Of a stretch of 64,000 bases of DNA, positions 46,531 to 55,069 are shown piece by piece. The notes beneath the pieces were generated by a model. It was not told the DNA's origin. It ran no database searches and saw only the letters and a program-made list of their open reading frames with translations. The stretch comes from an uncultured Anaerolineales bacterium (GTDB lineage: Bacteria; Chloroflexota; Anaerolineae; UBA4142; SHND01), in contig CAYXXF010000021.1 of assembly GCA_964469005.1 (NCBI GenBank), positions 41,336 through 105,335 of the forward strand. Reading direction: 5' to 3'. Numbering within the stretch: the first letter of the stretch is position 1; each line of letters opens with the position of its first letter. The position numbers and the translations under genes are program-made.

Positions 46531-49281
46531 ATGATTCCAAACAAACTCGCCCGCCAGCATCTCATCGTTCTGTTTTTGTATTTCGTCATCACCCTCATCG
46601 TCACATATCCATTGGCGGCACAATTCAACACACATGTTCCGGGAACAACTACCTGGTCGCTCGACGAATACGGCTATGTGTGGAATCATTGGTGGTTCAA
46701 ACATTCATTGTTTGATTTGGGGACGAGTCCCTTTCAAACAGACTATTTGTTTTATCCGCTCGGCACGCCGCTTGTGTTGTATGCGTACACTCTGCTCCAC
46801 GTGTTTCTCGCCGTCCCAATACATTTTGCATTCGGAATAATTCCCGCTTCGAATTTCACCGTACTGTTTTCGTTTGTGATTGCGGCATTTGGAATGTATT
46901 TGTTCGCGTTGTATTTTCTGCGCGTGTCCTTGCGAATTTGGAATGAAAAATATAATGCGCGGCTCGGCGAAATCGCCAACGACAGAAATTTGCACACCTT
47001 CGCGGCGTTCGTGGCAGGCGTGGTGTTTGCGTTTGCGTCGAATCGCTATGTCTATCTCTCGCTCGGACATTACAACATTGTTGCCAGCGAATGGATTCCG
47101 TTCTATTTGCTCTTTTTGTTCAAAACGCTGCTCGAAGCGAAATGGCAGAACGCGCTGATGACGGGGCTGTTCGCTGCCATCGCGTTGTACACGGAAACAA
47201 CGGACGGTGTATTGCTTGTTTTGCTCACGCTGGCGATTCTCGCGTTTGAATGGAAACTCGTATTCAAGCCCGCGACGTTCGCGCGTCTCGCATTAGTCGC
47301 GGGAGCGACAGCATTGTTTTTCGCGCCCCTGCTCATTCCCACCGCACTGGAAATTTTCACAAGTGGTTATTCCCTGCCCGGTTTTGGACATTCCGAAAAT
47401 TTGCTCGTTGACCTCAACGGCTTTTTGTCACCAACGAGTTTGCATCCGCTCAATCGGTACTGGACCGATGAATTGAATGCGGTGCGCCAACAGATTTCGC
47501 GCTTTAGTGATGTCAATACATTTTTTGTCGGATATGTGACCGCATTGCTTGGGTTGATGGGCTTTGCTGTTTTTGCGCGGCGCAACCGTATGTGGCTCGG
47601 CATTGCGCTCGCCTTTGCCATTCTCGCGTTGGGACCGTTATTACACATCAATGGCAAAGCGGTTTTTGACCTTGACGGATTGGAAGTTAATTTACCGATG
47701 CCGTTTTTGATTTTGCATTACATTCCCATCATCCGCGAAAATCGCGTGCCGAATCGTTACAGCATTTTGGTTGTCGTTGCGCTCTCCATTCTCGTCGCGT
47801 ACGCGGTGTGGTGGATTTCATGGAAACTTGCGACACGCACACCAACCTCATCAAGAAATCTCCCTGCCATCGCCGTCAGTGGTCTGCTGTCTGCCCTCCT
47901 CATTTTTGAACATCTCGCGCTGCCGCTGCCGCTTACGGACGCGCGGATTCCCGATGTGTATTCGCAGATTCGAAATGACGCGGGACAATTCACCGTACTT
48001 TCACTGCCGCTCGGTTTGCGCAATTCGTTCGGGCAAATCGGCGCAGAGGATACGCGCACACAGTATTATCAATCGGCGCATCAAAAATTTTTATTGTCGG
48101 GACAGATTCAACGCAACCCACCGTACTTGTTTGAATACTTTCAGAACGCGCCGGTGATTTCTACACTGCTCGCGTTGGAAGATTACAAACCGATTGAGGA
48201 CGCGACGATTGCGCGCGATAAAAATCTCGCGGACGATGTGGTAAATTTTCTCGACATTCGCTACGTTGTGGTGAATCCCGCGATTGTGGGACGTCCGCCG
48301 TTTGAGGACAATCGCGAACGCGTCATTGAATATCTCCAACAAGTGCTGCCGCTCGGCGAAAAAATTTCCGACGCGAATGGATTGCTCGCGTATCGCGTCA
48401 ATCAAACGCCGTTGAAAATTCCGTACACGATTCAAATGAAAAATGACCGCGCGCGTTTGATTCAAGGATACGGCTGGCTGCCGACGGAAAACATTGGCGG
48501 CGCGGACGCGCTGTGGGCAACGCAACAACGCGCGACAATTTACTTACCACTGCGCGATGTGCGTGATTACACGTTGAGTGTGCGCGCGTTGCCATTCACG
48601 TATCCAAACAGTCCAACACAATCCTTTGGAGTGACACTGAACGGTAAAACATTGCCGCGCGTTTCAATGAATGCGGGTTGGGGCGAATATAAAGTCACGT
48701 TACCGCGCGATGCGGTGCAGTACGGTTTGAATGACCTCGTTTTCGATTTCGGTTATGTCGCGCGTCCGCGCGATGTAATGCCCGCCAAGTTTGAAATCGG
48801 TGCGACGGGCGTCACCAGTCCGGTGGATATTGCGGTGACGAGTACTCCGGAGTTTGGTTCGATCAAAGTGAATGACAAAGAAGTATCGCCCTTGAAACGC
48901 GGCTACAATTTCGCAGTGCTTGACCAAAATTCAGGCGCAGTGTTAGATGTGAAAAATTTTGATACGGGCGGGCGAACCATTTTGGAATCGCGGGCGCTGC
49001 GCGAATTTCTCGACAAGATTCCTGATGGCAGAATTGTTGCGGGCGCAATTCAAGAAGATGCGTCCGCGCAATTGGGCGAATCGGCGGCGGCGGCGATTCA
49101 AGCGTTGGGTTTGGAAACAAACGTGCGCGGACAAGAAGGCATGACGCACGCGTTCATCGCGGTCAAAGGGAAAACGGGCGGACTGGAACAAGCAAGCGCA
49201 GGTCCGAGCGCGGTGAGTGTTGGACGCAACTTGGATACGCGCCCATTAGGTATCGCAGTCGAGTGGGTGCGGATAGAATAA
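46531..49281 (+). CDS. Large GT-C-like (YfhO-like) membrane protein with a C-terminal ILEI/PANDER-like domain
   Basis: About 13 TM (YVWNHWW, FYPLGTPL, GHYNIV, RVPNRY). C-terminal KRGYNFAVLDQNSG..KNFDT..DKIPDGRIVAGAIQEDAS. Confidence 0.75.
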   Translation: MIPNKLARQHLIVLFLYFVITLIVTYPLAAQFNTHVPGTTTWSLDEYGYVWNHWWFKHSLFDLGTSPFQTDYLFYPLGTPLVLYAYTLLHVFLAVPIHFAFGIIPASNFTVLFSFVIAAFGMYLFALYFLRVSLRIWNEKYNARLGEIANDRNLHTFAAFVAGVVFAFASNRYVYLSLGHYNIVASEWIPFYLLFLFKTLLEAKWQNALMTGLFAAIALYTETTDGVLLVLLTLAILAFEWKLVFKPATFARLALVAGATALFFAPLLIPTALEIFTSGYSLPGFGHSENLLVDLNGFLSPTSLHPLNRYWTDELNAVRQQISRFSDVNTFFVGYVTALLGLMGFAVFARRNRMWLGIALAFAILALGPLLHINGKAVFDLDGLEVNLPMPFLILHYIPIIRENRVPNRYSILVVVALSILVAYAVWWISWKLATRTPTSSRNLPAIAVSGLLSALLIFEHLALPLPLTDARIPDVYSQIRNDAGQFTVLSLPLGLRNSFGQIGAEDTRTQYYQSAHQKFLLSGQIQRNPPYLFEYFQNAPVISTLLALEDYKPIEDATIARDKNLADDVVNFLDIRYVVVNPAIVGRPPFEDNRERVIEYLQQVLPLGEKISDANGLLAYRVNQTPLKIPYTIQMKNDRARLIQGYGWLPTENIGGADALWATQQRATIYLPLRDVRDYTLSVRALPFTYPNSPTQSFGVTLNGKTLPRVSMNAGWGEYKVTLPRDAVQYGLNDLVFDFGYVARPRDVMPAKFEIGATGVTSPVDIAVTSTPEFGSIKVNDKEVSPLKRGYNFAVLDQNSGAVLDVKNFDTGGRTILESRALREFLDKIPDGRIVAGAIQEDASAQLGESAAAAIQALGLETNVRGQEGMTHAFIAVKGKTGGLEQASAGPSAVSVGRNLDTRPLGIAVEWVRIE

Positions 49282-49455
49282 TAGCGCGCAGGAGTGAGTA
49301 CAAGCGCGCTTCATAGAGCGCGCAGATGTGGTTTTTATAAATAATTAGCGCGCAACAGATACCAAAAGCGCGCGAAATAAAATAAATGATGCAAGAGATG
49401 GATTCGAGCAGTGAACCCGCTAAAGCGTGAAATCCATGCGGCGCGTTAATTTGGA

Positions 49456-51363
49456 ATGCTCCTAAAAAAGATTCGGAATTGGCTCACGAACGTACCGACG
49501 CTGGCGCTTGCCGTCAGCGTCGGCGCGTTCATGTTGTACTGGCGCACACTCGCGCCGACGGTACTGCCCGGTGATTCGGGTGAATTGCAGTTCGCGGCGT
49601 GGGGCTTTTGGCTCGCGCATCCCACGGGCTATCCGCTCTATCTCATCCTCGGCGGAATTTGGCAGCATGTTGTGCAAATCGGCGATCCCGCGTTTCGGTT
49701 GAATTTATTTTCTGCGTTTTGTTCTGCGTTCGCCGTCGGCGTCGCGTTTTTGGTGTTTTGGAATGTGACGCGTTCGCGCGGCGCGAGCAGTATTGCAGCG
49801 TTGACCTTGGCGGTGACTCCGTTGTTTTGGTCTCAAGCCACGCGCGCCGAAGTGTATGCGCTGAATATTTTTTTCGTCGCACTCCTCGCGTTATGGGGAT
49901 TGTTATGGCGCGAAACGCTGCAAAAAAAATATGCGCTCGCGTTCGCCTTGACGTTTGGTTTGTCCCTCGCGCATCATCGCACCACAATTTTAGTATTGCC
50001 TGCATTCGCCGCGCTGTTTGCAGACAAATGGCTCACAGGAAATCTTGATGCGCGTGATTTTGCAAAACGCGCATTGATGTATAGCGCGCTCGCTGCGGTT
50101 CCATTGTTGTTGTATTTGTACATTCCGCTGCGCGCGGGGGCGACACCGTACGCGACAATTAACCTCGCGCCTGCCGCGCCGATTGTGGTGTTTGAAAATT
50201 CGCCGCGCGGCTGGCTCGCCGTCATTTTGGGTTCGGGTTTTTCCGGTGAATTGGGATTTGATGAGGCAACCTTACGCGCGCTGCGCGAATTTCCAAATCA
50301 GTTGCTCGCGCAACTAAATCCAATCGGTGTGCTATCGGCATTGTTTGGGTTCGCCGCACTGTTGTGGCAGAAAAAATTTTCTGCCGCCGCCTTCGTGTTG
50401 TTCGGAAGCATCACATTTGTTTTGTTCAACAGTGTGTACCACATCGGCGACATTGCTGATTACTTTACGCCGATTTATTTTTTCGCGACGCTTTCCATTG
50501 CTGTCGCCGTGGCGTTTGTCGTACAAACATTGCAGACAAATTCCTTTACGCGCCACAGCACTCTTGCCGCAATCACGCTGCTCGCGTTTTTTGCACTGCT
50601 CCCGATGCAAAATCTATTCAATAATTTTTTCGCGCTCGATTCGAGTCGGCTCATAAATACGCGCACGCGTTGGGCAACGATTTTCGCGTCGAACTTGCCG
50701 GACGATGCGATTCTGCTTTCGAATGACCGTGATGAAATAACGCCGCTGTATTTTTTGCAGTTGGTGGAAAAGCAAAAACAAAATTGGATTGGGGTATTTC
50801 CAAAAATTGTGTCGGGCGCGCGCTATGAAAATGTTGTTGCGCTTGTGCAGCGCGTGGCGGGTTCGGGCAGACCGATTTATGCCATCAAGCCAATTCCCGC
50901 ATTAACGTTGCGCTATCGTGTCGAGGAGCTTGAAAATGGTTTGTGGCGCGTGAATCCCGTCACGCCGGGCGCGCCCAAATTTTCGAGCGAGGCAATTTTG
51001 GGTGACGCAGTCCGCGTGCGCGGGTATTCTGTCATCGCAGGCGAACCACGCGCGGGGGAACGGATCACGGTAGCGATTCAATACGAACTGCTAAAAAATT
51101 TGTCGCGCGATTTCACAACGAGCGTGCAAATTTTTTTTGGCGACAACAAAGCCGCGCAAGGGAATGACCATTTGCCCGGCGAGAACGAATATCCGTCGTC
51201 GAAATGGCGCGTGGGCGAAACGATTCAAGACCAATTCGATATTGAGTTGCCGCCGAACTTGCAAGCAGGGAAATATAGAATTATGTTACGAATGTACGAG
51301 CCATCAAGTGGCGAAGAAGTGGGAGAATTAACGGAGGTGGGGAGATTGGAGATTGGAGAATAG
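49456..51363 (+). CDS. DUF2723-family GT-C membrane protein with C-terminal Ig-like domain (paralogue)
   Basis: GDSGELQ, LAHPTGYPLY, FRLNLFSA, RAEVYALN, GLSLAHHRT, YPSSKWRVGETIQD. Confidence 0.88.
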   Translation: MLLKKIRNWLTNVPTLALAVSVGAFMLYWRTLAPTVLPGDSGELQFAAWGFWLAHPTGYPLYLILGGIWQHVVQIGDPAFRLNLFSAFCSAFAVGVAFLVFWNVTRSRGASSIAALTLAVTPLFWSQATRAEVYALNIFFVALLALWGLLWRETLQKKYALAFALTFGLSLAHHRTTILVLPAFAALFADKWLTGNLDARDFAKRALMYSALAAVPLLLYLYIPLRAGATPYATINLAPAAPIVVFENSPRGWLAVILGSGFSGELGFDEATLRALREFPNQLLAQLNPIGVLSALFGFAALLWQKKFSAAAFVLFGSITFVLFNSVYHIGDIADYFTPIYFFATLSIAVAVAFVVQTLQTNSFTRHSTLAAITLLAFFALLPMQNLFNNFFALDSSRLINTRTRWATIFASNLPDDAILLSNDRDEITPLYFLQLVEKQKQNWIGVFPKIVSGARYENVVALVQRVAGSGRPIYAIKPIPALTLRYRVEELENGLWRVNPVTPGAPKFSSEAILGDAVRVRGYSVIAGEPRAGERITVAIQYELLKNLSRDFTTSVQIFFGDNKAAQGNDHLPGENEYPSSKWRVGETIQDQFDIELPPNLQAGKYRIMLRMYEPSSGEEVGELTEVGRLEIGE

Positions 51364-51376
51364 AGATTGGAAATTG
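51342..51376 (+). repeat. Heptamer array overlapping the DUF2723 stop codon
   Basis: GAGATTG GAGATTG GAGAATA GAGATTG GAAATTG. Confidence 0.7.
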
Positions 51377-51387
51377 GGCATCGGGGC

Positions 51388-51819
51388 TTAGAGCAATGAA
51401 ATGTTTGATACAGCTGCGCCGCGCAACAATACATAAAACGGAATCCCCTGCGCTTGCCAAAATTCAATCACCGATTTGAAAACATCTAACGCGACAGCCC
51501 AATCATCAGGACTGGATTTGATAAATCGTTCGGGCGATTCAAATACCAACACGTAGCCCTTGACTTGGATGCCTTGCAAATCAGTGAGGCAGTCTTGAAG
51601 CGCGTCCCAATTCTTGCCAAAGTAATCTGGAAATTTTATGGCGCGCGCGATTTGTTCGAGAAAAGTTTTTTTGTCGCGAATGGTTTTGCCATTCAAAAAA
51701 TAAATTTTCCACCCCGCGTTTTCCGCCTCACCGCGTAAAAATTCCACAGTCGCGTTCGAGTCAAAACGATAAATCCCCGCCGGTTGTTTTTGTGAAAGCG
51801 CGCGTTGTAATTTGCTCAT
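51388..51819 (-). CDS. Barstar-family RNase inhibitor
   Basis: LNGKTIRDKKTFL..IARAIKFPDYFGKNWDALQDCLTDL. Confidence 0.92.
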   Translation of the reverse strand: MSKLQRALSQKQPAGIYRFDSNATVEFLRGEAENAGWKIYFLNGKTIRDKKTFLEQIARAIKFPDYFGKNWDALQDCLTDLQGIQVKGYVLVFESPERFIKSSPDDWAVALDVFKSVIEFWQAQGIPFYVLLRGAAVSNISLL

Positions 51820-51880
51820 GGCTTTGGTTGGGGCGAAGCATCCTTCAACTGGATTGCATTCCGCTCAGGATGCCGTTGCC

Positions 51881-52393
51881 CTACGGCTTGACAATCACCT
51901 TGAACGATTCGTAATGGTCGTCGGTATAATACAGTTCGCCTTGTTCGCCGGTCACGATGCGCCGCGCGCCGCGATCCCCCGCACCGGCGGTTTCGACGGT
52001 GTATTCGTGATAATAGCCGCGCGCTTGTTTCGGCAAGATGCCTTCGCGATTTTGAAAAATTTGTCCGTCTTGGCGATACGGGAACGGACCGCCGCGCTCA
52101 ATCAGTGCTAATGTTTCGCGCGCTTGCGGTGGCAATTCCGCGAGTGCAATTGTTTGCAAGCCATTGCCACGCGCGGGACGCGTTGGTGTGATTACGCGTT
52201 GCGTTGGAGGCGCGCGCGTCGCCAAACCGGACGCGAGCGTTGGAAAAACGAGCGTCGGAATTTCAATTTGCGCTGTTGCTATGGGCGTCGTGTTGATTTG
52301 CACATTGACCGCAACACCGCCACACGCGACAAAGATTGTGCCGATTATCAGCGCAGAAAGAATCAAAAAGATTCGATGCATCGAGTGCTTCAT
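51881..52393 (-). CDS. Lipoprotein guanyl-specific ribonuclease (N1/T1/Sa family)
   Basis: Lipobox FVAC. LPPQARETL..I..GGPFPY.QDG..FQNRE..LP..GYYHEYTV..RGARRIV..YYTDDHYESF. Confidence 0.93.
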   Translation of the reverse strand: MKHSMHRIFLILSALIIGTIFVACGGVAVNVQINTTPIATAQIEIPTLVFPTLASGLATRAPPTQRVITPTRPARGNGLQTIALAELPPQARETLALIERGGPFPYRQDGQIFQNREGILPKQARGYYHEYTVETAGAGDRGARRIVTGEQGELYYTDDHYESFKVIVKP

Positions 52394-54060
52394 GTCTTGA
52401 GAGTACGGTAGGCGAGCGCAAAACTGCTAATGCTCAATGCCGCCAAAATGCCAATCACAAGCCATGGCGGTTGTATCGGCTGTATGGGCGCCACAACAAA
52501 ACCATCGAGATTGACATTCCCCTCGGCGCGTATTTGCACCACATGCTCGCCGCGCGCCAAGTTGCGCGCCACAGGCAGCGCCACACGCCATTCGGTTTGA
52601 CTGCCCGCGAGTTCGACAAAGCTTTGTCCCGTTTCACTGCGCGACAAACCGTTGACGGGCTGCCCATCAATAGTGATGAACAATCTCCCCGCGCCCGGTT
52701 GCCGCTTGACCACAAAATCCAACGCCTCTCCATAAAAGAGCAAGGTCGCCGTTGCCGAAGCATCTTGTGTCTGCGCGTATTGTTCCGCGCTTGCATTCGC
52801 ATCGCCGATACACATCCAATTGCCTTGCAGTGCAAGCGCGGGATTCGATTCTTCGTACTCGCCGGGACCGGCAACGCGTTGTTCCTTTGCCGCCGCGCTC
52901 ACCGCAACATAGACAGGGCGCGGCGTGAAATCAATGTCCACCATTCGGAAATACGCTTCGGGATTGTTCGACGGAATATCACCCACTTGGCGAAAGAACC
53001 AAATGCTCACGACCCCCGCCCAACTCCAATCTTGACGCGCCAACTCTATTCCGCGCGTTGTATATTCCGCTTGCTGCTGTTCCGTCACGCGTCCCCATAA
53101 CAGACGACTATCAGGAATGGTGTCCGGCGCAGCATTCCAACCATATTCGAGAATCCAGATCGCCTTTTGCGCGTCGCCAAATTTTTCCATCACGGCGCGT
53201 TCCAACAAGACGCGTTGAAAATTTAATTTGCCGGGATTCGGCGGGTCTTCCGGCGTGCTGCCCAGTCCAAACGCATTCGCAGACAAAATGTCGAAATACT
53301 CTTTTGCGCCTGCCATGTACATCTCTTCTAAAAATTGCAGGTCGTTCATGTTGCGATACTGTGCAGCACCCGGCGAAAAAGTCTCCCCCAACGTGATAGC
53401 CAACGGCGCGGAAAGAATATGGATATTGGGGTCAACTGCTTTGGCGCGTTCATACGCGATCTTTAATAAACGCGCGTACGACGCGGGGTCAATCGGCGCG
53501 TCGTTCCACTCGCGCGCAAGGTTCGGCTCGTTCCAAATTTGGAAATAATAAATTTTATCGCGATAGTGTTTGGCAAATTCCTCGACAAATTTTCCATACG
53601 CGGCAAAATCATCGGGCGGACCGGAGGAACCCGTCGCACTCGCGCGCGTGCGCGCCCACGCGGGCGGACGATCCAAACGCGCAATCACCTGAATGTTGTT
53701 GCGGCGGAGCAGGTCAACGATTTCGTCGTACTTGGTCCAATTGAAACTGCCGGGCTCGGGTTCGAGCTCTGCCCAAATAAATTCTTGGCGCGCCCAACCG
53801 ATGCCGGCTTCACGCGCCATTCGCACGGTGCGTTCGCGCTTCCATGCTTCCACTTCGCGTTCCAGAAAAAAATTCGCGCCGTACGGATTGACATCGGTAT
53901 TGGGAATCGCGCGGCGAGATTGAAAAGCGGGGGGGGGTGTTGTGAAAACCGTGTTGAGCAAATACAACGCGCCGCCCGCGCTCAAGAGAAGGATTCCCAA
54001 GAACACGCACAGGAAAGCGCGAAGGCGCGGTGAGAGACGCGATACGAGAGGGATTTTCAT
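52390..54060 (-). CDS. Membrane-anchored TIM-barrel glycoside hydrolase (GH5/GH39-like clan A)
   Basis: WARQEF.W, FQIWNEPN (acid/base), IWILEYGW (nucleophile). TM segments at both ends. Confidence 0.82.
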   Translation of the reverse strand: MKIPLVSRLSPRLRAFLCVFLGILLLSAGGALYLLNTVFTTPPPAFQSRRAIPNTDVNPYGANFFLEREVEAWKRERTVRMAREAGIGWARQEFIWAELEPEPGSFNWTKYDEIVDLLRRNNIQVIARLDRPPAWARTRASATGSSGPPDDFAAYGKFVEEFAKHYRDKIYYFQIWNEPNLAREWNDAPIDPASYARLLKIAYERAKAVDPNIHILSAPLAITLGETFSPGAAQYRNMNDLQFLEEMYMAGAKEYFDILSANAFGLGSTPEDPPNPGKLNFQRVLLERAVMEKFGDAQKAIWILEYGWNAAPDTIPDSRLLWGRVTEQQQAEYTTRGIELARQDWSWAGVVSIWFFRQVGDIPSNNPEAYFRMVDIDFTPRPVYVAVSAAAKEQRVAGPGEYEESNPALALQGNWMCIGDANASAEQYAQTQDASATATLLFYGEALDFVVKRQPGAGRLFITIDGQPVNGLSRSETGQSFVELAGSQTEWRVALPVARNLARGEHVVQIRAEGNVNLDGFVVAPIQPIQPPWLVIGILAALSISSFALAYRTLKT

Positions 54061-54153
54061 TCCGAACAAATGGAGCAAAGGCGAAGCGAGGGCAAAAGGA
54101 AACGCCCCCGAGTGCATTATACATTCGGGGGCGAAGAACGCGCAAGAAAATTT

Positions 54154-55011
54154 TTATTGCGGCGTGAACAACTTGCAGGGCGAGCGTTCGTACATAATCA
54201 CTTTCCAGATTTCTTCATTGGAAAGTTTCTTGCCCCACGCGGGCATTCCATTTTGTGGACGCCCGTTCATCAACGCGTCGTGATGCAACAGGAAACCGAG
54301 TTGCGCCATCGCGGTACAATCGGTAAAGTTGCGCGGTGGTTTCGCCGTGCCCGCCGAACCGGGACCATCCCCTGCGAGTCCGGTACCGTGACACGCGGCG
54401 CAATTTTTGTCATAGATGGTCTTGCCCTCTGCCAAAATTGCGTCGCTCGGCGGCATGGGGAATGGAATGGATTTCAATATTTCTTCGGGCGGAATCGGCG
54501 TTGGCGTTGGACCCGGTGTTGGTGTCACAATCGGAACCAACGGCGGATATTCACCGGGCGCCCAATTCAGGACATAGCTGGTCAATGCTTCCACTTGGTC
54601 GGGACGCAACGGACCACCATAATCCTGACTCCACGTTGGCATGTGCTGTTGATAATTCTCGTCTTGATAATATTTGGAGTATTGTGGACGACCCGCCGCA
54701 ATTGTGTTTTCAATGAAATCCGTCGTCGTGCCATTCCAACCGATGGCTTTCAAGTACGGCGTATTTTTCAAGTCGAGCAAATCGGTGCGATTGAGCGGTG
54801 GACCTTTACCAACAATGCCTTCGCCCTTTGCGCCATGACAGGTAATGCAATAGCGTTCAAAGTAATCGCCGCCGGCTTGAATACTTCGTCCTGCAAAATT
54901 CCTTTGGTAGGTTGCCATGCGATTGTCTTCGGCGATGCCATAAATCGCAAGGACTACAATTGTCGCAATCGTAAAAAGGATTCCGACAAGGATTTTGAAC
55001 TGAACACTCAT
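54154..55011 (-). CDS. Membrane-anchored diheme cytochrome c
   Basis: N-terminal TM. Two heme motifs CITCH and CAACH, axial Met motifs MPTW and MPAW. Confidence 0.92.
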   Translation of the reverse strand: MSVQFKILVGILFTIATIVVLAIYGIAEDNRMATYQRNFAGRSIQAGGDYFERYCITCHGAKGEGIVGKGPPLNRTDLLDLKNTPYLKAIGWNGTTTDFIENTIAAGRPQYSKYYQDENYQQHMPTWSQDYGGPLRPDQVEALTSYVLNWAPGEYPPLVPIVTPTPGPTPTPIPPEEILKSIPFPMPPSDAILAEGKTIYDKNCAACHGTGLAGDGPGSAGTAKPPRNFTDCTAMAQLGFLLHHDALMNGRPQNGMPAWGKKLSNEEIWKVIMYERSPCKLFTPQ

Positions 55012-55069
55012 GTTCCATCACAAACCTTTGGGGTGCGAACCTGCTCTTGCGCCCCAAAGGTTTTTTCCT

